Of a stretch of DNA of 14,543 nucleotides, positions 7,971-14,543 are shown one piece after another. The DNA lies in NCBI GenBank assembly GCA_038279365.1, contig JAYODI010000044.1:30200-44742 (forward strand), given 5' to 3'. A program made the position numbers and the translations under genes. Positions within the stretch are counted from its first letter, which is position 1, and every line of letters begins with the position of its first letter. This stretch comes from Candidatus Latescibacterota bacterium (GTDB lineage Bacteria > Latescibacterota > UBA2968). Below the pieces are notes generated by a model, which saw nothing but the letters and a program-made list of their open reading frames with translations, was not told where the DNA came from and did not search any database.

Positions 7971-8906
7971 ATGATTCGCATATTTTCATACTCGCGGGCA
8001 TCAACCCGCATGGAAACACCTAAAATTGCCGAACTGCCACAACATTTAGAAGATCCAGATCGCATTGTTTGGGCAGATTTAGAAGCCCCAGACGATGAAG
8101 AAATGGGCGTTTTAGGTGGCATTTTTGGTTTTCATGTCTTGGCCGCCGAAGATTGTATTCAGGGTGGTTACCTGCCCATGTTTGCCCAATATGATACCTA
8201 TTCTTTTTTTGTCTTACATGCCATTGACACCGCAGAAATGGAGCAACACTTTCAAACCATCGAAGTGGGTTGTTTTTTAGGCGAACGTTTTTTGGTCACG
8301 CACCATGCCAAACAAGTCAAAAGTATATTTGATGCACGTGGCAAAATTGCCCAAAACCCAAGTGTGTTGCTCAATTCACCCGACGGTCTCTTGCACACCA
8401 TCATTGACGCCATGACCGATCATTATACCCCGGCCATTGAAGCCTTTAAAAATCGAATCGCAAACACAGACAACAGCCCAGACGAAATTAAAACACGCCA
8501 TATAGAAGCCGCAACACTCCTGCAAATTGGAAGGCTTCAACAAACCGTATTGACCCGCCTCTCACAAGAAAACGTACCATTTATTGCCAACGCCTATCAA
8601 GTCTATTACCAAAACGTGCAAGCACACCAAATCCGTGCCGTACAATTTGCAGAATCATGTGTTGCACATTTGGAAGCGCATTTAGAAACATTGAGAACCC
8701 AAGCGGCACAAGTTCAAAACATACGCACACTAATCGCCCTTACAACAACCTTTGCAACAGCTATTTTCCTTACTGTTTTAATCGATCCCAAAATGGACAA
8801 CCTCATCACCCTGTCCGATGAAGCCTGGAGCATCACCACCACACTCATCGTCTTTATCGTGAGTGGCGCAGTGGCTGGTATTTTTAAGTTCAAAAAGTGG
8901 TTCTAA
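7971..8906 (+). CDS. CorA/ZntB-like divalent cation transporter homolog lacking the GMN signature
   Basis: CorA N-terminal motifs 'WADLEAPDDEE', 'FGFHVLAAEDC', 'FLGERFLVTHH' and 'LLHTIIDAMTDHY'. Two C-terminal TM helices and a 'FKFKKWF' end. No YGMNF. Confidence 0.8.
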   Translation: MIRIFSYSRASTRMETPKIAELPQHLEDPDRIVWADLEAPDDEEMGVLGGIFGFHVLAAEDCIQGGYLPMFAQYDTYSFFVLHAIDTAEMEQHFQTIEVGCFLGERFLVTHHAKQVKSIFDARGKIAQNPSVLLNSPDGLLHTIIDAMTDHYTPAIEAFKNRIANTDNSPDEIKTRHIEAATLLQIGRLQQTVLTRLSQENVPFIANAYQVYYQNVQAHQIRAVQFAESCVAHLEAHLETLRTQAAQVQNIRTLIALTTTFATAIFLTVLIDPKMDNLITLSDEAWSITTTLIVFIVSGAVAGIFKFKKWF

Positions 8907-8943
8907 ATCCCTTTACGACTATTTTTCAAACAAAGAGTCTTTT

Positions 8944-10035
8944 ATGGTTGGTGTCACACTCGAAAATGTTACGAAGCGCTTTGACAACGTCGTTGCTTTA
9001 GAGCGCATCAATTTACAAATCCACGCAGGTGAATTTTTCTTTTTATTAGGGCCATCAGGATGTGGCAAAACCACACTCTTGCGCATCTTGGCAGGGTTTT
9101 ATACACCCGAAGGTGGGCGAGTGTCTTTTGGTGATCGCGATGTGACCATGGTGCCCCCTCATCAGCGCAACACAGGTATGGTGTTTCAAAACTATGCACT
9201 ATGGCCTCACATGACCGTCTGGAAAAATGTGGAATATGGCCTCACCATGCGCAAAATAGAGCAACATGAAAAAGACAAACGCGTGAAGCGTGCCTTAGAA
9301 ATGGTACAAATGGCAGGCTATGCCGACAGATCGCCCAATCAACTTTCAGGTGGCCAGCAACAACGTGTGGCACTGGCAAGGGCATTGGTCATCGAACCAG
9401 GTGTCATCTTAATGGACGAACCCCTATCCAACCTCGATGCACGGTTGCGCCTTGAAATGCGTGAGCAACTCCAAGACCTGCACAAAGCCTTGGGCGTTAC
9501 CATCATTTATGTCACGCACGATCAAAAAGAAGCCTTAGCAATGGGTGACCGTGTGGCGGTTATGCAAATGGGAAAAGTGGCACAAATAGGCAACCCACGC
9601 GAAGTTTACACACGCCCTGCCACCCGCTTTGTAGCAGACTTTATTGGCGAAATAAACCTTATTCCCGGTGAGGTCACCAACGAAACAGACGCACTTATTC
9701 AAACCGCGGTAGGCCCCATTAAAGGTGCAACAGATCGCTCACTTTCCAAAGGACAGCGGGTGTTATGCGCAGTGCGTCCCGAAGCATTAGACTTTCTCGA
9801 TAGTGATCCATCAGAAAACGACAACGTTATCACAGGTCAGGTCAAACACGTTATTTATTTGGGCGAAGTAGAGCAATACATCGTCGAACTCATAGATGGC
9901 ACACAGGTCAAGCTTGTGGAGTATGACCCTGCCGAACAACGCGCCAAATCCGGCGACAGCGTACGTCTTAAGTTTTCGCCCCACCGCGTTGTTATTTTGC
10001 CTCACGAGGAGGATGACCGTCATGAGACGGTATGA
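8944..10035 (+). CDS. ABC transporter ATP-binding protein (PotA/FbpC-like, TOBE C-terminus)
   Basis: Walker A 'GPSGCGKTT', Q-loop 'VFQNYALWPH', signature 'LSGGQQQR', Walker B 'ILMDEPLSNLD', H-loop 'VTHD'. Start moved to ATG 8944 to avoid overlap with the corA-like gene. Confidence 0.95.
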   Translation: MVGVTLENVTKRFDNVVALERINLQIHAGEFFFLLGPSGCGKTTLLRILAGFYTPEGGRVSFGDRDVTMVPPHQRNTGMVFQNYALWPHMTVWKNVEYGLTMRKIEQHEKDKRVKRALEMVQMAGYADRSPNQLSGGQQQRVALARALVIEPGVILMDEPLSNLDARLRLEMREQLQDLHKALGVTIIYVTHDQKEALAMGDRVAVMQMGKVAQIGNPREVYTRPATRFVADFIGEINLIPGEVTNETDALIQTAVGPIKGATDRSLSKGQRVLCAVRPEALDFLDSDPSENDNVITGQVKHVIYLGEVEQYIVELIDGTQVKLVEYDPAEQRAKSGDSVRLKFSPHRVVILPHEEDDRHETV

Positions 10036-11707
10036 TCTTAGTTGGGCAACGCTTGCCTTTTTGTTGGCATTGGCTCTGTTTTTTATTGCCTTTTTGTTTT
10101 ATCCACTTTGGTATGCCATTGTCAAATCAGTCACCGTAAATGGGCAAATAACCGTTACGTTTTATAAACTGATGCTGACAAGCCCCGTGCACCAAGAAGC
10201 CATACTCAACAGTTTTCGCTTGGGCACCATCACCACCATTGCCACCACCCTCCTCAGCCTTCCCATTGCGTTTGTTTTAGTACGTTACGACTTTCCTGGC
10301 AAAAACGTTTTAAACGGGCTCATCTTAGTCCCAATGGTCTTGCCACCCTTTGTAGGGGCCATTGGCATGAAACAAATGTTTGCCCGATTTGGCTCCATCA
10401 ACTTACTGCTTTTAGACATTGGCTTCATTGATCAACCCATCGACTGGTTTGGGGGGGGCGGTTTTGTAGGTGTGGTGATCTTAGAAGTTTTGCACCTGTA
10501 TCCCATTATGTATCTCAATGTGGCAGCATCTTTGGCCAATATTGACCCCAGCCTTGAAGAAGCCGCACGCAATATGGGCAGTTCGGGGTTTAAACTTTTT
10601 AGAACCGTTACCTTTCCACTCATGCTCCCAGGTTATTTTGCCGGTGCCATTATTGTCTTTATTTGGGCGTTCACAGATCTGGGCACCCCACTTATTTTCA
10701 ATTACAGGCAAGTGGTTGCCGTCGAAATTTTTAATGCCATCGAAGACATCAACGAAAACCCAATGGCTTATGCTCTTGTGGTCTTTGTTTTGTTGCTCAC
10801 CATCTTTTTCTTTTATCTGTCCAAATCTCTTTTAGGCAACAAACGCTACGAAATGATTGCCCGAGGGCATGTCTCTTCGGCTTCAAAACCCGCATCTCGC
10901 GGTCTTACAGCCATCATCTACATCGCCATGCTCTCACTGACTGGCATTGCGCTCATCCCGCATATCAGCGTCTTTTTAACCTCCATTACCCAACACTGGT
11001 TTATGTCCGTTTTACCACAAGAAATAACCGGCAAATATTATGGCATGGTATTTGAACACCCATTGGCCTTTTCAAGCATCAAAATAAGCCTCATTTTAAG
11101 CGTTTTGAGCACCACCTTAGACGTTGTTTTAGGCATTGCCATTGCCTACTTACTCACACGCACACGCATGCCCTACAAAGGTGTCTTAGATGCCACCGCC
11201 ATGTTGCCACTGGCTTTGCCCGGTCTGGTGCTTGCATTTGGTTATTTGGCAGGCTATTCGGGCACCTTTCTCGATGCCAGAGACAATCCAGTGCCACTCC
11301 TTGTTATTGCTTATGCCGTTAGGCGTTTGCCCTATATGGTGCGCGCCGCTTATGCAGGATTTCAACAAACAAGCGTCACCCTCGAAGAAGCCGCACAAAA
11401 TTTGGGGGCTTCGCGTTTGCGCATTTTGTTTCAGATCACATTTCCACTGATTATTGCCAACCTCGTCGCAGGTGGTATCCTCTGTTTTTCATTTGCCATG
11501 CTCGAAGTCAGCGACAGCCTTATCTTAGCACTCAAAGACAATTATTATCCCATTACCAAAGCCATCTATGCCTTGCTTGGGCGCATATCCGATGGTCCCT
11601 ATTTGGCCAGTGCAATGGGTGTTTTGGGCATGTTTTTACTCATTATCAGTTTATTTTTAGCAGGGCGTTTTTTAGGTCGTCGCATGGGCGAATTGTTTAG
11701 AGCGTAA
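10022..11707 (+). CDS. ABC transporter permease with duplicated TM domain (FbpB/ThiP-like)
   Basis: Two EAA loops, 'LEEAARNMGSS' and 'LEEAAQNLGAS', and about 12 TM helices. SD GAGGAGG precedes ATG 10022, which overlaps the ATPase 3' end. Confidence 0.93.
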   Translation: MRRYDLSWATLAFLLALALFFIAFLFYPLWYAIVKSVTVNGQITVTFYKLMLTSPVHQEAILNSFRLGTITTIATTLLSLPIAFVLVRYDFPGKNVLNGLILVPMVLPPFVGAIGMKQMFARFGSINLLLLDIGFIDQPIDWFGGGGFVGVVILEVLHLYPIMYLNVAASLANIDPSLEEAARNMGSSGFKLFRTVTFPLMLPGYFAGAIIVFIWAFTDLGTPLIFNYRQVVAVEIFNAIEDINENPMAYALVVFVLLLTIFFFYLSKSLLGNKRYEMIARGHVSSASKPASRGLTAIIYIAMLSLTGIALIPHISVFLTSITQHWFMSVLPQEITGKYYGMVFEHPLAFSSIKISLILSVLSTTLDVVLGIAIAYLLTRTRMPYKGVLDATAMLPLALPGLVLAFGYLAGYSGTFLDARDNPVPLLVIAYAVRRLPYMVRAAYAGFQQTSVTLEEAAQNLGASRLRILFQITFPLIIANLVAGGILCFSFAMLEVSDSLILALKDNYYPITKAIYALLGRISDGPYLASAMGVLGMFLLIISLFLAGRFLGRRMGELFRA

Positions 11708-11730
11708 CACAGGAAAGGTATGTAGGCATT

Positions 11731-12870
11731 ATGCCAGAAAAAGTTTCTATCTTATTTCCCATCCCCATCAATAAAAAAGATGCACCCCTTGTTGCAATGA
11801 CACGTCAAGGCATCGAAACCCAAACTTATCCGACAACACTTACCGAAATCATCGAAATTCAATATGTACCCACAGCACCAGGTGCACATGCTTCTGCACT
11901 CAATGCGGCCAAAGAAGCCGCAACAGGTACCTATATTGTCCACTCTGCATTAGGCGTTCAGTGGGACACAAGCAAATTAGAACGCCAAGTTTCTCACTTA
12001 GAAATGTATCCCGAATCAACAAGCAATGTACACCACGTAACCCTTCAAGCAGAAACAGGACAAACACAAAAACACCTTTGTAGCACCATTAAAAACTACG
12101 GCGGTAAAATAGGCAGTTTGTTAGAATCGCCTTGGGCACCTGGCACAATCATGCTCACCAAAGAAGCATCCAGCCAATTGGGTGCATATCGCAACATAGA
12201 CAATACCCTTTGGGAATATGCGCTTCGACAAATTAACCGCCAAGCAACACCTCAAATCTTAGAAGAAGATTTGGCCATCTGGCGAACAGAAACCCAACAT
12301 ATCAAACCCAGTCTTGTGGCGTCACAAATACAACATCGGTTTTTGAAACCCTATATCGACAAAACAGACACGCCCACATTGTTTACAGAACACCATTTGG
12401 TATCTGACATTCATGGACACTTGGTTCGCAATGCACTTTACCAAAAAAATGACGATCTTGATGCCGCACACCAAATATGTCAATCGGTGGGAGAAGGTTC
12501 ATCCTTACCCGAAATAAGCTATTGGCACGGCATTATTCATCGCAGAGAACCCGACATAAATAATGCGCGCAATTGGTTTCAAAGAGCTCAAAATTTGGCA
12601 GCCAACGATGCGCTTTATCGCGCAGCATATAGCCATTTGCAACGTGCCATTCAAATGCCCGATTATGGTGAGGCCCGAGAAACAGCCCTCCAATTTTTGC
12701 GCCACTTACAAACACAAGACACTTGGGACGCCCTTTATTTTTTGAATTTATGTGCATCTTGTTTACAAAATAAAGATCCCAATTTACAAAAACTCTTAGA
12801 AGACCTCCAAACCATAGAATTTAAAACGCTGTTCCATTGGACCTTTCAAAAAGCCACAGGACAAATATAA
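11731..12870 (+). CDS. Hypothetical protein: degenerate GT2 (GT-A)-like N-terminal domain fused to a conserved helical 'YWHGIIHRREPD..NA..WF' domain
   Basis: GT2 landmarks 'KVSILFP', 'ASALNAAKEAATGTYIV' and 'W...KLERQV..L', but no DxD. The C-terminal motif 'DLDAAHQICQ...YWHGIIHRREPDINNARNWF' I recognise from small hypothetical proteins. Confidence 0.6.
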   Translation: MPEKVSILFPIPINKKDAPLVAMTRQGIETQTYPTTLTEIIEIQYVPTAPGAHASALNAAKEAATGTYIVHSALGVQWDTSKLERQVSHLEMYPESTSNVHHVTLQAETGQTQKHLCSTIKNYGGKIGSLLESPWAPGTIMLTKEASSQLGAYRNIDNTLWEYALRQINRQATPQILEEDLAIWRTETQHIKPSLVASQIQHRFLKPYIDKTDTPTLFTEHHLVSDIHGHLVRNALYQKNDDLDAAHQICQSVGEGSSLPEISYWHGIIHRREPDINNARNWFQRAQNLAANDALYRAAYSHLQRAIQMPDYGEARETALQFLRHLQTQDTWDALYFLNLCASCLQNKDPNLQKLLEDLQTIEFKTLFHWTFQKATGQI

Positions 12871-12887
12871 CATCCTGAAAATATTTC

Positions 12888-12922
12888 AAAAAAAAGCCAT
12901 CGCAAATGCGATGGCTTTTTTT
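12888..12922. terminator. Bidirectional intrinsic terminator between convergent genes
   Basis: A8-GCCATCGCA-aa-TGCGATGGC-T7. Confidence 0.93.
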
Positions 12923-12960
12923 ATTTAAAATCTGTTGGTCACACGTTCAAATCCGACACA

Positions 12961-13473
12961 TCACGATGCATAAGGCGAAAAACGCCGCAGCAATACAGGC
13001 ACCAAAAAAACACAAATAAGTGCTTCTGGAATCACAAAGCTTGCATTATATAAGGCAGCATACATCCAAACAGGTGTGCCCTCAGGGGCATATTCGCCAA
13101 AAAATACAAAACCAGATACAAAATGCGAACACCACCGCAACAAACTGGCACATAAAATACCCAACCAAATTCTGTTGGGAAACAACCCCGCCAAACCCAA
13201 CAAAGCAAAAGGCAATGGGTAATCTAAGACAACCTGCACAGGATGAAAAATAAATGCCCCAAAAAACAATTGTAAAACCCCATCCAAACACCCCGTTAAA
13301 ACACCCAATCGCCAACCGCCCCAAAAAGCCATAAACAAAATGGGCAATGTCTCAAGCGTAATAGAACCGCCTTGTGGCAATTGCAAGGGCAAGACTTTTC
13401 CCACCATACCCAAAACAACAGCCAATGCCGCCGCCATGCCACAAAAAGTAATGTCGCGTGTGCCCAATTTCAT
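12961..13473 (-). CDS. thiT: Energy-coupling-factor thiamine transporter S component ThiT
   Basis: ThiT/YuaJ motifs 'LPQGGSITL', 'HPVQVVLDYPLPF', 'HFVSGFVFFGEYAPEG' and 'YAALYNASF'. About 6 TM. GAGG SD upstream. Confidence 0.92.
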   Translation of the reverse strand: MKLGTRDITFCGMAAALAVVLGMVGKVLPLQLPQGGSITLETLPILFMAFWGGWRLGVLTGCLDGVLQLFFGAFIFHPVQVVLDYPLPFALLGLAGLFPNRIWLGILCASLLRWCSHFVSGFVFFGEYAPEGTPVWMYAALYNASFVIPEALICVFLVPVLLRRFSPYAS

Positions 13474-13651
13474 GCCGTCCTCAATGTTTGTCTATTCGTC
13501 ATACAAGAGCCTCTTTTTTGCGTTGCTGTGTCTTCAGAATATCTTTATTATGTCATATTGCTTACAAGGCCAACCCTATTAAAATACGGCCTGCGTCTCA
13601 CATTTTCAAAAATATTTCTCGACCATGGCAAACGGCGTATGATCATGGCAT

Positions 13652-13685
13652 AAAAAAAGCGTCAGAATACTTTATTCTGACGCTT
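13652..13685 (-). terminator. Intrinsic terminator following the DUF5069-like gene
   Basis: 13-bp inverted repeat AAGCGTCAGAATA-ctt-TATTCTGACGCTT with an A7 tract on + (U-tract on -). It starts 12 nt after the TAG at 13698. Confidence 0.88.
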
Positions 13686-13697
13686 CATAATACGGTG

Positions 13698-13973
13698 CTA
13701 TTTTGCCTTTTTTTTGTCCCAAATGGGTTTTATTTTTTCAATAACCTCTGCATCCGTAGGACAGGTATTAATAATTTCGGTAAAATCATCTGCAGCAATC
13801 CCAAGTTCCTCCAGGAACTTTTTGTCTGCGCCTCAAGGGTAGATATAATCACCAATCGTACCACGCAACTTGGCGCGTGCTTTGTCTGTAATACGTGGCA
13901 ACCAAGGCATGCCTCCCATTGTTAATTGACGGCTTCGTGGCCGAAAGTCAACAGCTGGACTCAGTTGATCCAT
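13698..13973 (-). CDS. DUF5069-like small protein with in-frame UGA; probable selenoprotein (91 aa, Sec47)
   Basis: Manual translation: MDQLSPAVDFRPRSRQLTMGGMPWLPRITDKARAKLRGTIGDYIYP-U(TGA 13835-13833)-GADKKFLEELGIAADDFTEIINTCPTDAEVIEKIKPIWDKKKAK*. Matches the DUF5069 pattern as I recall it ('PRS....GG...L.R..DKARA...G..GeY.Y.C..D..fL..lGi') on both sides of the TGA. Has a perfect SD, SECIS-like hairpin and terminator. Confidence 0.85.
13803..13820 (-). other. Candidate bacterial SECIS element
   Basis: mRNA reads UGA-GGCGCAGACAAA-AAGUUCC-UGGA-GGAACUU: a perfect 7-bp stem starting 12 nt after the UGA, with the apical loop 19 nt from it and G at loop position 2. Confidence 0.75.
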
Positions 13974-13977
13974 AAAT

Positions 13978-13988
13978 ATCACCTCCTT
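13978..13988 (-). promoter_or_regulatory. Strong Shine-Dalgarno sequence for the DUF5069-like gene
   Basis: AAGGAGGTGAT on the - strand, an 11-nt complement of the canonical 16S 3' end, 4 nt before ATG 13973. Confidence 0.9.
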
Positions 13989-14013
13989 CTCATCAAATGG
14001 TTATCATCACTTC

Positions 14014-14042
14014 AAAATGAACCTTTTAAGTTCTGTTGTCAA
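14014..14042 (-). promoter_or_regulatory. Possible sigma70 promoter for the DUF5069-like gene
   Basis: - strand TTGACA (14042-14037), 17 nt, CATTTT (14019-14014). The -10 is weak. Confidence 0.4.
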
Positions 14043-14543
14043 GAACGAAAGCGATGTGTTTAACGTGCAAAAACGAAAATATAACAGTTGCAATTTCTAC
14101 AGCGCATGCATTTTCCTCATTGCGCTTACCATTGGGCCTCTCACGCAAAATGCGTCAGCCCAAACCTATCAGGAAGCCCCTGAGTTTGCCAAACGTGTTG
14201 CAAAAGGTGAGTTGCCACCCGTGTCACAACGTTTGCCCGAAGAACCATTGGTGCTTGAGCCCTATGAAGAAATTGGGCAATATGGCGGCACTTGGAATCG
14301 CATGATGAAAGGAACCAGCGATTTCCACGCTTTTGGACGGTGTGTTTACGAACAAATGCTGCGCTGGGCCCCAGATCCCAAAGATGGTATTTTGCCCGGC
14401 CTGGTCAAAGAATGGGCCTTTACAGAAAATGGTAAAACACTCACCCTTATACTGCGCAAAGGCCTCAAATGGTCAGATGGGCACCCCTTTTCAACAGATG
14501 ACATTCTCTTCTGGTGGGAAAAAATCGCCCAAGACCCCAATCT
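14017..14543 (+). CDS. Family-5 ABC substrate-binding protein (DppA/OppA/oligosaccharide-type), 5' part only; not in ORF track
   Basis: Open frame to the window end: signal-peptide-like '...IFLIALTIGPLTQNASA/Q', then 'YQEAPEFAKRVAKGELPPVSQRLPEEP', 'IGQYGG' and 'LRKGLKWSDGHPFSTDD'. The true start could be ATG 14017, GTG 14056 or GTG 14065. Confidence 0.9.
   Translation, partial: MNLLSSVVKNESDVFNVQKRKYNSCNFYSACIFLIALTIGPLTQNASAQTYQEAPEFAKRVAKGELPPVSQRLPEEPLVLEPYEEIGQYGGTWNRMMKGTSDFHAFGRCVYEQMLRWAPDPKDGILPGLVKEWAFTENGKTLTLILRKGLKWSDGHPFSTDDILFWWEKIAQDPN

Noticed and set aside
13474-13651. TPP riboswitch upstream of thiT
   Set aside because: The conserved TPP aptamer motifs are not found on the - strand.
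321-13653. Numerous short overlapping ORFs (60-156 aa) on both strands
   Set aside because: They lie in alternative frames or antisense to well-supported genes and have no motifs or RBS.
13458-13925. 155-aa + strand ORF in the ORF track
   Set aside because: It is an antisense shadow of the DUF5069-like gene and thiT leader, crosses a terminator hairpin, and has no SD or recognisable motif.
13698-13973. Interpretation as a nonsense-mutated pseudogene or as alternative genetic code (TGA=Trp/Gly)
   Set aside because: The TGA falls at the recalled Cys position and is followed by a SECIS-like hairpin, with SD, downstream frame and terminator intact. Other genes here use TGA as stop and TGG for Trp. 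A pseudogene is less likely but not fully excluded.
14036-14540. 89-aa (+) and 64-aa (-) ORFs at the window end
   Set aside because: They are off-frame or antisense to the real family-5 binding-protein frame that runs off the window.

Overview
Bacterial genomic window using the standard code (TGA ends several genes). The paired EF-hand/dockerin-like module on the secreted protein resembles those I associate with Candidatus Latescibacterota, but that taxonomy is only an inference. The + strand carries a GNAT acetyltransferase, a membrane HAMP/class III adenylate cyclase, an extended SDR epimerase, a DEAD-box RNA helicase and a secreted dockerin/EF-hand + Vgb-like beta-propeller protein. These are followed by an Fe3+/thiamine-family ABC importer operon (binding protein with C-terminal TM anchor, a CorA-like protein lacking GMN, ATPase, duplicated permease) and a degenerate GT2-fusion gene. 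The - strand carries a ThiT ECF S-component with no TPP riboswitch and a 91-codon gene missed by the ORF track (13973..13698). That gene is DUF5069-like, has an in-frame TGA where I recall the family's Cys, and has a SECIS-like hairpin 12 nt downstream, a perfect SD and its own terminator. It is a strong candidate for an unannotated selenoprotein and is the main finding. The window ends in the 5' part of a family-5 (peptide/oligosaccharide) ABC substrate-binding protein.
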